Positions 17,576 to 24,906 of a DNA stretch of 25,085 bases are shown piece by piece; within the stretch, counting starts at the first letter, position 1, and the number at the start of each line of letters is the position of its first letter. The stretch spans positions 1-25,085 of the IMG/VR virus record IMGVR_UViG_3300035675_000030; one strand, written 5' to 3'. The stretch comes from a virus (lineage: Duplodnaviria > Caudoviricetes). The notes beneath the pieces are model-generated. The model made no database searches and was not told the origin of the DNA. It was given only the letters and a program-made list of their open reading frames with translations. Position numbers and translations under genes: made by a program.

Positions 17576-18448
17576 ATGGCAAATAGTAACGGATGGGGTG
17601 ATGGTGCAGCTAACAACGCAATAGGTTGGGGACAAGGAGCAAACAATGCTATTGGTTGGGGTGATATTCATGCAGATAGTTGGGCGGGTTTAACGGATAT
17701 TTCAGGATTGCCAACAACTGATCCCGATGCACAAGCATTTATAACAGCTGCTTCAATTACAGACCCTACTCAACAAGCGGCTATTAATCAGTTAGTAATA
17801 GGATTAAAAGCTGATAATTTGTGGACTAAGACAAAAGCGATTTATCCTTTTGTTGGTGGAAGTGCTACAAGTAATTCTTACAACCTTAAAAACACAGCAC
17901 AATATCAATTATCATTTAGTGGAGGCGCAACACATAACTCTAATGGATATACGGGCGGAGTCAATGGATATGCAAATACAGGATTAAATCCAAATACAGC
18001 ATTTAGCACAAATGATTCTTTTCATATGTCTATTTATTCGAGAACAAATAGTTCATTAGATGGAGCTGATTTAGGTGGTGCGAATGGTTCAACAAGAACT
18101 GATTTATGGTTAAAAGCTGCTGATGGAAATTGTTATAATAGAGTTCATTTAAACGGAATAACAGCTGCTAATGCTAATAGTACAGGTATATATATTTCAA
18201 CAAGAAATTCAAGTACAAGTTTAAAATTATTCAAAAACAATTCTCAATTGGGAAGCACATATACAGGAGCAAATGGATCAAGGCTTGATGTTAATGTGTT
18301 TTTAGGAGCATATAATTTAGGAGGCACACCGTCTTTTTACACGCAAAGAAACTATGCTTTTGCTTCAATAGGAGATGGTTTAACTGATACAGATGTAAGT
18401 AATCTAAACAATCGAATAAATACTTTTAATACAGCACTTAGTAGATAA
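17576..18448 (+). CDS. Putative receptor-binding / fibre protein with ConA/LamG-like domain
   Basis: N-terminal GWG repeats, DPDAQAFITAA..AIYPFVGG helical segment, Asn/Gly/Thr-rich beta domain. Confidence 0.55.
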   Translation: MANSNGWGDGAANNAIGWGQGANNAIGWGDIHADSWAGLTDISGLPTTDPDAQAFITAASITDPTQQAAINQLVIGLKADNLWTKTKAIYPFVGGSATSNSYNLKNTAQYQLSFSGGATHNSNGYTGGVNGYANTGLNPNTAFSTNDSFHMSIYSRTNSSLDGADLGGANGSTRTDLWLKAADGNCYNRVHLNGITAANANSTGIYISTRNSSTSLKLFKNNSQLGSTYTGANGSRLDVNVFLGAYNLGGTPSFYTQRNYAFASIGDGLTDTDVSNLNNRINTFNTALSR

Positions 18449-18449
18449 T

Positions 18450-18704
18450 ATGAAACTAACAGATTTAACAACAGAACAAAAATTAACCTATGTCGGACTA
18501 TTGACAGAGGTACAAAAAGACGAATTAGTAGGTCAATGGTATGCACCTGACTCTTATTTTAATCCTATTCAAGACTTGAATGATAATTGGGTTATATCAG
18601 TAGAAGAAATGGAGCAGTGTGTTAATCGTGATTATCTTTGGGTTAAAGACCTTGACTTGATTCCTTACGAGCCAAAACCAACCCCGCCACCTTTTGAAAA
18701 CTAA
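18450..18704 (+). CDS. Small acidic protein, possible fibre chaperone
   Basis: 84 aa, YFNPIQDLNDNWVIS and a Pro-rich end; immediately follows the fibre-like gene. Confidence 0.5.
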   Translation: MKLTDLTTEQKLTYVGLLTEVQKDELVGQWYAPDSYFNPIQDLNDNWVISVEEMEQCVNRDYLWVKDLDLIPYEPKPTPPPFEN

Positions 18705-18711
18705 TTAAACT

Positions 18712-18960
18712 ATGATACCTTTAACAAATCAAATTTTAGAAGTAGTAAAAAAACACGGAGCAATCGGTGTACTTGCATTATGGTTAGGATATACACACTT
18801 TGAGGTGCAAGATTTAAAAGTCCGTCTTTATAACTGTTTAGAAAAAGAATCAGTTACAAAAGATCAACAACAACCAATTGCACCAATAAAAGACACAGCG
18901 ATTATAAGCTACGAGTCTAAAAAGAGAAAGCAAGAAGTATTACACTACGATGCACCTTAA
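18712..18960 (+). CDS. Putative holin-like membrane protein
   Basis: One hydrophobic segment (GAIGVLALWLGY) and a charged C-terminus; directly upstream of the lysin. Confidence 0.45.
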   Translation: MIPLTNQILEVVKKHGAIGVLALWLGYTHFEVQDLKVRLYNCLEKESVTKDQQQPIAPIKDTAIISYESKKRKQEVLHYDAP

Positions 18961-18969
18961 AACTAAGTT

Positions 18970-19518
18970 ATGAGCAACGTTAAAAGTTACACAGATAATC
19001 AATTATTAGCACGAGTAAAAGCAATGCCTAACTACAAAAGTATTCCAAGTGGTTTATGGTTATTATTTGTTCGTTCTAATGAAGACGGTAACGATCAGTT
19101 TGACGATAAATGTTACGTTTGGATAGGTGAGAAATTTCAGTTCGTAACTTCATGCACTACAAACAAAGGCAATAAAGGAACCGCGGTAATGGAAGCTGAC
19201 CTTTGGAATTACGATGCTTATTCTTACGGGCTTCATAGAGGCAAAATGGAGGCACTTAGACAACGTAAAGGTGTTCCATATAGACGCGACTTCACAAACG
19301 ATGGTAAAACGAATCCTACAACAGAAATAAAAACGGATATTATTTACATGAATATTCACGGAGCAACTTATAATAAAGGCAGCCAACAAGTAGCCACTAA
19401 AATAGGCGGTTGGTCAGAGGGTTGTTTAGTATTGAATAATAATCCAGACTACGAAAGAATGGTAAAAATGGCAAAGGACTATCCAAGTGTTTCAATATGT
19501 TTAATTAACGAGTTTTAA
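18970..19518 (+). CDS. Putative endolysin with a YkuD/L,D-transpeptidase-like catalytic motif
   Basis: NIH-x(n)-GGWSEGCLV His...SxGC motif; located at the end of the late operon. Confidence 0.7.
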   Translation: MSNVKSYTDNQLLARVKAMPNYKSIPSGLWLLFVRSNEDGNDQFDDKCYVWIGEKFQFVTSCTTNKGNKGTAVMEADLWNYDAYSYGLHRGKMEALRQRKGVPYRRDFTNDGKTNPTTEIKTDIIYMNIHGATYNKGSQQVATKIGGWSEGCLVLNNNPDYERMVKMAKDYPSVSICLINEF

Positions 19519-19519
19519 A

Positions 19520-19798
19520 ATGGCAAAGAAAAAAATTAAAATAGATACAGATAACTTCGACATGGATTTAGAAAAAGACGGAGTAAACTTGAAAGTAGAT
19601 ATTGACACAAAAAACGTGGACGTAAACATAGTTAAAAACGAATTGACGAAAGAATTTAACCTTGACGGTAAGAATATTGACATTCACGTGAAAAAATCCC
19701 CTGAAGGTTTGGAGGTGAAAGTCGATGCTAAAGGGGGTTTCTTTAAATTATTAGCAAAAAGAATCGTTAAATTTGTTTTGAAAAGATTTTCTAAGTAG
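19520..19798 (+). CDS. Lysis-cassette protein with beta-strand repeats and a cationic amphipathic C-terminal helix
   Basis: Repeats of (I/L)D(T/G)xNxD at ~20 aa spacing; ends GGFFKLLAKRIVKFVLKRFSK. Confidence 0.65.
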   Translation: MAKKKIKIDTDNFDMDLEKDGVNLKVDIDTKNVDVNIVKNELTKEFNLDGKNIDIHVKKSPEGLEVKVDAKGGFFKLLAKRIVKFVLKRFSK

Positions 19799-19833
19799 AT
19801 TTGTAGGCATTCTTCATAATGCTTTGTTTAATT

Positions 19834-19866
19834 AACCTCTGTTTCGGCAGGGGTTTTTTATTTTTA
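19834..19866 (+). terminator. Intrinsic terminator ending the late operon
   Basis: AACCTCTGT-TTCG-GCAGGGGTT stem with UUCG loop and a long T-run. Confidence 0.85.
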
Positions 19867-19902
19867 TGAAACTTTTTTTAAAATATTTCGTATAGATTGG
19901 TA

Positions 19903-19935
19903 TTATATTAATAATTTATATTAATTTAGCAGAAA
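19903..19935 (+). promoter_or_regulatory. Putative early promoter/operator, copy A
   Basis: 27/33 identical to 24859-24891; contains TAATTTAG (19922-19929), a variant of the Bacteroidota TAnnTTTG -7 box. Confidence 0.55.
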
Positions 19936-19952
19936 ATAATTAAACAAGTTTT

Positions 19953-20096
19953 ATGAAAAAACGAACAGGAATCTTAATTACATCGGTTGTATCTTTGATA
20001 GGATATAATTTTGAAAGCTATTTTTTAATGGGGTTGGGTATATTTTGCCTAACTTTAGTATTAATCTCTAAAACTAAAAAACATGAAATCAACTAA
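19953..20096 (+). CDS. Small membrane protein, 47 aa (not in ORF track)
   Basis: MKKRTGILITSVVSLIGYNFESYFLMGLGIFCLTLVLISKTKKHEIN; two hydrophobic stretches with basic ends; first ORF after the promoter. Confidence 0.55.
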   Translation: MKKRTGILITSVVSLIGYNFESYFLMGLGIFCLTLVLISKTKKHEIN

Positions 20097-20247
20097 ACAA
20101 GAGAATGTGTATTATCCACACAGACCGAATATCACTTATTTGAAGCGTAAATGGAAAACTAAAATTTGTGCTGAAGACAAAGGAGGAAGTTTTAACGAAA
20201 AGTTATACCTTGATTATTTAGAAGCAATCTCAAATCCTACAAAATGA
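20083..20247 (+). CDS. Small hypothetical protein, 54 aa (not in ORF track)
   Basis: MKSTKQENVYYPHRP...GGSFNEKLYLDYLEAI; ATGA-coupled to the next ORF. Confidence 0.6.
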   Translation: MKSTKQENVYYPHRPNITYLKRKWKTKICAEDKGGSFNEKLYLDYLEAISNPTK

Positions 20248-20525
20248 ACTGGCAAATTAAGCAAAAACGAACAAAGGAAGTTCACATCAAGTTAGAGTGG
20301 ACAGAAAAAAGCGATTTAACGCTAATATTAAGCGATTTAAAGGACTTAATTAGCTCGGGAATAGAATCACACCACGGAGATAAGAAAAGCTCGGAGAATG
20401 AAGATAAATGGCATAAATTTGAATTTACACAATTTTACCATGAGTTACGTCCTATTGAAGATTATAGTTCAGTTGAAAGAGATATAAACGGAGAATTGAA
20501 ACTTGTAATAAAAAGTAAGGTATGA
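20244..20525 (+). CDS. Hypothetical protein
   Basis: 93 aa ORF coupled by ATGA overlaps on both sides. Confidence 0.65.
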   Translation: MNWQIKQKRTKEVHIKLEWTEKSDLTLILSDLKDLISSGIESHHGDKKSSENEDKWHKFEFTQFYHELRPIEDYSSVERDINGELKLVIKSKV

Positions 20526-20623
20526 TTGAAGAAGCTAAAATGGCGTTATTGCTTTTTGGAGTTGGGTTTTTAAGTATTTGTATTGGATTGATATATAACT
20601 ACTTTAATGGAAAATCTAATTAA
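20522..20623 (+). CDS. Single-TM micro-protein, 33 aa (not in ORF track)
   Basis: MIEEAKMALLLFGVGFLSICIGLIYNYFNGKSN; ATGA overlap with the upstream stop. Confidence 0.5.
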   Translation: MIEEAKMALLLFGVGFLSICIGLIYNYFNGKSN

Positions 20624-20894
20624 AGAATTGTATTTATTAAAAGTTCCTTTTGCTGTTGTAATATCAGAGGAGATTCATGGTACGTGTTTTAGTATCGTTT
20701 ATCGCAGAATTGGAATACAATCAAGGCAGCTATCAAATGACGAACGCAAATATTTTAATTCTATAAAAGAACACGGACGTAAAATCAACTACGGATACGA
20801 GGGCAGTATATACGAGTATTTTAACTTTAAAGCAAGGCTTGATCTTAAAGTAAGGCACCAATTTATTGAAGGATTAAATTACGGGAGAAAATGA
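20607..20894 (+). CDS. Hypothetical protein
   Basis: 95 aa ORF in the tightly packed early cluster. Confidence 0.65.
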   Translation: MENLIKELYLLKVPFAVVISEEIHGTCFSIVYRRIGIQSRQLSNDERKYFNSIKEHGRKINYGYEGSIYEYFNFKARLDLKVRHQFIEGLNYGRK

Positions 20895-21025
20895 AAAAAA
20901 GAATGAAGAAACGCAGAAATCTAACAAGGTTTAGACACCAACCATTGACGGTAAGGAATATGAGAGTAGAAAAATACTGGAAAAGAAAATTAATAAAAAT
21001 TTGGATAAACAACGAGTTTGATTAA
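20891..21025 (+). CDS. Highly basic micro-protein, 44 aa (not in ORF track)
   Basis: MKKRMKKRRNLTRFRHQPLTVRNMRVEKYWKRKLIKIWINNEFD; ATGA overlap with the upstream stop. Confidence 0.5.
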   Translation: MKKRMKKRRNLTRFRHQPLTVRNMRVEKYWKRKLIKIWINNEFD

Positions 21026-21044
21026 ATAATTATTTGTATATTTG
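21017..21044 (+). promoter_or_regulatory. Bacteroidota primary-sigma-type promoter
   Basis: TATATTTG (21037-21044) matches TAnnTTTG. An upstream TTTG lies at 21017-21020, but the 16-nt spacer is short. Confidence 0.55.
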
Positions 21045-21047
21045 TAT

Positions 21048-21140
21048 TCGAGTTCATCCTACATTATAAACTCGATAAGGTATTATTGACCCTTTGAATG
21101 AATGTGAGGTAGGATGCACAGGATTTCAAGGGGTTTTTTT
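21048..21140 (+). ncRNA. Candidate structured leader or small RNA: two hairpins with complementary loops, the second ending as a terminator
   Basis: Stem 1 TCGAGTT/AACTCGA with loop CATCCTAC. Stem 2 GACCCTTTGAA/TTCAAGGGGTT plus TGTG/CACA with loop GTAGGATG, then a T-run. Confidence 0.65.
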
Positions 21141-21160
21141 ATTTATTTAAATTTTAAGTT

Positions 21161-21400
21161 ATGGCAACTATTTATTTTAACAATGGAAAAGAAATTTGGA
21201 CTTCATTAACAATTGAAGAATTAAAAAAAATTAAAGTGGATTCAAAAGATTTTATAGAAATTAAAAGCGAACAAATTATTTGCGATGAATATAACCATAT
21301 TCAGGTTAAACATCAAAGAAATTATTTTATTAACTTAAATAATATCTCACACATTGAAGAAAATGTATCTAATTATTTAGGAGATGAGAAAAACATTTAA
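21161..21400 (+). CDS. Hypothetical protein (very AT-rich)
   Basis: 79 aa ending YFINLNNISHIEE; overlaps the initiator start. Confidence 0.6.
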   Translation: MATIYFNNGKEIWTSLTIEELKKIKVDSKDFIEIKSEQIICDEYNHIQVKHQRNYFINLNNISHIEENVSNYLGDEKNI

Positions 21401-22007
21401 TTTTTATCGTAGCTATTGGAACGTAGCAAATGAATTAAACGACAAAGACCGTTTAGCATTTTACGATGCTTTAATGAAGCGACAATTTACTGGTGTTGAA
21501 ACTGACTTAGAAGGTATGGTTAAATTCGCTTATCTTTCTCAAAAGCATTCTATTGATAGGCAAATTGAAGGTTACGAAAATAAAACTAAAGAACCTTTAC
21601 AAGACCCTACCGAAGGGGGTACGCAAGGGGGTGTTGAAGCCCCTACGGTACAATTAAAAGAGAAAGAGAAAGAGAAAGAAGAATCTATTATAGTTCCTTT
21701 TCAGGAACGTGTAAATAAATTTTTGAATTGGTTTAATGCTGAATTTACAAAACACGGGAAACCTCAAACCAAATTTAGAACCTTAAACAACCAAACGGAA
21801 AATAATTTAAAAAAGTTATTGGATAAATACACTACTGATGAATGGAGTTTAGCTTTTGAAAATATGATTAATAACGTTTGGGTAATAGAAAATAAAAATG
21901 CAACACCCGATCATTTTTTAAGACTTGCTAATTTTGAAAAATACTTAAATCAAGTTAAATTACAAGAAACAAAAACAGCTAAAAACACATTTGCATGGAA
22001 CAGATAG
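21384..22007 (+). CDS. Replication initiator-like protein (DUF6291-like N-terminus)
   Basis: FNFYRSYW..LAFYDAL N-domain, low-complexity linker plus KEKEKEKEE, C-domain ATPDHFLR..NFEKYLN typical of phage replisome organisers; upstream of the helicase. Confidence 0.75.
   Translation: MRKTFNFYRSYWNVANELNDKDRLAFYDALMKRQFTGVETDLEGMVKFAYLSQKHSIDRQIEGYENKTKEPLQDPTEGGTQGGVEAPTVQLKEKEKEKEESIIVPFQERVNKFLNWFNAEFTKHGKPQTKFRTLNNQTENNLKKLLDKYTTDEWSLAFENMINNVWVIENKNATPDHFLRLANFEKYLNQVKLQETKTAKNTFAWNR
21589..21648 (+). repeat. Five 12-bp iteron-like units, putative replication origin
   Basis: AAGAACCTTTAC, AAGACCCTACCG, AAGGGGGTACGC, AAGGGGGTGTTG, AAGCCCCTACGG. Confidence 0.6.
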
Positions 22008-23023
22008 ACGGATTTAAAATAACAGAAACTTCTGATGTTATAGGTAAGATATTTAAACACAGAGATAATTACCATAAAAAAGGAAAGTATCTTGGATTTG
22101 ATAATATGGATAAGCATTATTCAATGAGTTTAGGAAACTGTACTGATTGGACTGGATTTCCTATGAGTGGTAAAACACAAGTATTAATGGAATGCTTAAT
22201 GAATACTTCAAAGTTTTATGGTTGGAAGCATTTAGTATATTTTCCTGATGTTGGAAATAACATTGAAATATTAGCAGATTTATTACACAAAAAAACTGGA
22301 AAAAGTTTTGATCCTAATGCACAAAATACAATTACTGATGCTGAAATAACACGTGAAATGGATTGGGTATTGAATCATTTTAAAATATTAACACGAAAGA
22401 ACACAAAAGGAAAAATTACACCTAAGCAATTTTGGGAATTTGCCGTTAAATTAAAAAGTGAAGACGAATTACATACAGCCTCAATAGATAGCTGGAAAGA
22501 TATGAATCACGAATATGAAAAACACGGAGGTTATGCCCAATATTTAGAATATATTTTACCTTTGAGAAATTATTTAGCGGAAGAAAACAACTTGCATTTT
22601 CATACAATTATACACCCTAAGTTGACTGAAAAGGAAAACGGAAAAAGAAACGCACCAACACCACATGATTTAAAAGGTGGTAGTGAATGGTTTAATTCAG
22701 GTAAATGTATGATTACAGTACACCGCGAAAATCCAAGTACAAATGAAGTGCAAATTTATTTTAATAAGATTAAGCCACGATCGATAGGTGAAGTAGGGGA
22801 AATATTACTACGTTTTGATAAAAGTAAATTTGTGTATTACGTTGACGAATGGCAAGGCAATCAAAGTTTTAATAAGTACGCAGAAGAAAGAATTGAATCA
22901 AATCAATTTCCTAAACAACCCGAACAAATAATAGATAAAGACGGACAATCAGCCTTAAATTGGGGTGGTGGTTTAATGTCAGCAAGTGAAAAGATTAGAT
23001 TAGCAAACGAAAATCCATTTTAA
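21995..23023 (+). CDS. SF4 (DnaB/T7 gp4/Twinkle-like) replicative helicase, without a primase domain
   Basis: Walker A TGFPMSGKT, Walker B SIDSW, IIHP, DLKGGSEW and KIKP motifs. Confidence 0.8.
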   Translation: MEQIDGFKITETSDVIGKIFKHRDNYHKKGKYLGFDNMDKHYSMSLGNCTDWTGFPMSGKTQVLMECLMNTSKFYGWKHLVYFPDVGNNIEILADLLHKKTGKSFDPNAQNTITDAEITREMDWVLNHFKILTRKNTKGKITPKQFWEFAVKLKSEDELHTASIDSWKDMNHEYEKHGGYAQYLEYILPLRNYLAEENNLHFHTIIHPKLTEKENGKRNAPTPHDLKGGSEWFNSGKCMITVHRENPSTNEVQIYFNKIKPRSIGEVGEILLRFDKSKFVYYVDEWQGNQSFNKYAEERIESNQFPKQPEQIIDKDGQSALNWGGGLMSASEKIRLANENPF

Positions 23024-23024
23024 T

Positions 23025-23318
23025 ATGAGCCTCGAATTAATAAAACGCAAGTCAGGAATGAACACGCTTTACTGGAGATTAAAGTACAGTCTTGACGAAA
23101 TACAAGAAAAACACCCTGAAAGAAAAGACATAATTGGTCCAATGGAAGAAAGCATGAAAGAAGTAGCTGCGGTTGTTGAATATTTAACGCATTGTGAAAA
23201 GGTTTATCAAGCTACGGAAAGACGAAGCCACAGATTAGAATTAGAAAACTTACAGCTTAAACAAGAAAATAGAAGTTTAAGCGAACATTTAAAAACCTTA
23301 ATTAGTGGAGAGATATGA
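23025..23318 (+). CDS. Hypothetical coiled-coil protein
   Basis: 97 aa with C-terminal leucine heptads (LELENLQLKQENRSL). Confidence 0.65.
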   Translation: MSLELIKRKSGMNTLYWRLKYSLDEIQEKHPERKDIIGPMEESMKEVAAVVEYLTHCEKVYQATERRSHRLELENLQLKQENRSLSEHLKTLISGEI

Positions 23319-23779
23319 CACGAGAAGAAAAATGCAAATTAGCAATAGAAAGAGGATATACATATAATCCTGAAACTGGATTAGTTTATAATAAGTTTAA
23401 TAAAAAAATAGGACATTTATTAAACGGAATAAGAAATAATGGTTATGTTTCATTTTCTATGCTTGTAAATAAAAAACCTTATAATTTATATGCTCATCAA
23501 TTTGCTTGGTATTGGGTTTATAAAGAATGTGTTGAACAAATAGACCATATTAATGGAATAAGGGATGATAATAGAATATCTAATTTAAGAAGTGTTACAG
23601 GCAACCAAAATCAATGGAATAGAACCAAAGCAAAAGGTTATCATTGGTTAAAAAACAATAAAAAATGGATGGCTGAAATTAGATTAAACAAAAAACATAT
23701 TTATTTAGGTTTATATAATACCGAAGAAGAAGCAAGAAACGCATATTTACAAGCTAAAGAAAAATACCATATTATATGA
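23315..23779 (+). CDS. HNH homing endonuclease with AP2 domain
   Basis: YAHQFAW, IDHINGIRDDNRISNLR, and C-terminal WMAEI..YLGLYNTEEEARNAY. Confidence 0.9.
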   Translation: MTREEKCKLAIERGYTYNPETGLVYNKFNKKIGHLLNGIRNNGYVSFSMLVNKKPYNLYAHQFAWYWVYKECVEQIDHINGIRDDNRISNLRSVTGNQNQWNRTKAKGYHWLKNNKKWMAEIRLNKKHIYLGLYNTEEEARNAYLQAKEKYHII

Positions 23780-24309
23780 CAAAAACACGAAAATGTAAGT
23801 ACTGTAAAGCACAATTTCAACCATACACAACACTACAAAAGAACTGCTTCGAACCTGATTGTGTAACAGCATGGATTCAAGAAACAAAAGAAAAGAATTG
23901 GAAAAAGAAAAAAGCTAAGTTAAAAATGGACTTAATGACAATTCAAGACTACATAAAATTAGCTCAGCAAGTATTCAACAAGTGGATAAACCTACGAGAT
24001 AAAGGATTACCTTGTATAAGCTGTGGAAAGCCAATTAACGGACGCGTAAACGCTTCGCATTACTTTAATGCTAACAACCATTGGAATGTTCGTTTTAATG
24101 AATTTAACGTCCATTCATCTTGCATTACGTGCAACCAATATTTGAGTGGTAATTTAATCGAGTACAGAAGTAGATTAATTAACAAAATAGGAATTGAACA
24201 ATTAACACTTTTGGAGCTGGAGGCTAATAAAACACGAAAGTTCACAATAGAAGAATTAAAGCAAATAATTAACACCTATAAATTAAAGATTAAACAACAT
24301 GAATTATAA
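23776..24309 (+). CDS. ninG: NinG/Rap-like recombination endonuclease
   Basis: CKYC..C..C zinc finger, AQQVFNKWINLRD, PCISCG, ASHY, RFNEFNVHSSCITCNQYLSGNL. Confidence 0.88.
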   Translation: MTKTRKCKYCKAQFQPYTTLQKNCFEPDCVTAWIQETKEKNWKKKKAKLKMDLMTIQDYIKLAQQVFNKWINLRDKGLPCISCGKPINGRVNASHYFNANNHWNVRFNEFNVHSSCITCNQYLSGNLIEYRSRLINKIGIEQLTLLELEANKTRKFTIEELKQIINTYKLKIKQHEL

Positions 24310-24484
24310 ATACATTTCAAAGATTTATGTAAAGCACCCTAAAATGGAGTACACATATTTTATCATAAAAGCACCTAAGACTAAAAAATATCTTAAGTGT
24401 TTTCGTAAAGAAAAAGATGCTATTGAATATTTACACCAATATGCAAATGAAAATAATATTAACGAATTTAATTTATTAAAATGA
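24299..24484 (+). CDS. Small basic protein, possible stand-alone AP2-like DNA-binding domain
   Basis: KKYLKCFRKEKDAIEY resembles the AP2 YLGxFxTxEEA motif. Confidence 0.45.
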   Translation: MNYKYISKIYVKHPKMEYTYFIIKAPKTKKYLKCFRKEKDAIEYLHQYANENNINEFNLLK

Positions 24485-24840
24485 TTACAGGATTTGAAAC
24501 ATATACCCATGAGTTAACTAATGAAGAAATGGAAATTTTACCTTTGGTAATGCACGGATTTAGACACTACAAAAAGACGAACCCAATAAAGGCAGAGTTG
24601 ATTGTATCTCGAATGAATATATTTCTACATGAACACGGATATAAAATTAAAATGAGCCAACCTCGTTTACGCAAAATGGTTAACTACATTCGCACAAATG
24701 GACTCATGCCGTTGGTTGCAAATTCTAATGGATACTTTACAACTGATTGCAAGGTAACTATCCAAGAACAAATAACAAGCCTTCAGGAACGAGCTAATAG
24801 TATTGAACGATGTGCAATTGGTTTGCAAAAATTTCTGTAA
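24481..24840 (+). CDS. Putative winged-helix DNA-binding protein
   Basis: PIKAELI..SQPRLRKMVNYIR..ANSNGYF helix-turn-helix plus wing pattern. Confidence 0.6.
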   Translation: MITGFETYTHELTNEEMEILPLVMHGFRHYKKTNPIKAELIVSRMNIFLHEHGYKIKMSQPRLRKMVNYIRTNGLMPLVANSNGYFTTDCKVTIQEQITSLQERANSIERCAIGLQKFL

Positions 24841-24858
24841 TTTTTTTTTGAAGTATTG

Positions 24859-24891
24859 TTATATTAAAAATTATTATTAAATTTGTAGAAA
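24859..24891 (+). promoter_or_regulatory. Putative early promoter/operator, copy B
   Basis: TAAATTTG (24878-24885) is a perfect TAnnTTTG box; 27/33 identical to 19903-19935. Confidence 0.65.
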
Positions 24892-24906
24892 TTAAACAAA
24901 GTAATT

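Noticed and set aside
19807-19822. GCATT-N6-AATGC mini-hairpin before the late terminator
   Set aside because: A 5-bp stem is too weak to support a call.
8390-24510. Remaining short minus-strand ORFs in the track
   Set aside because: All overlap + strand genes on the opposite strand and lack independent signals.
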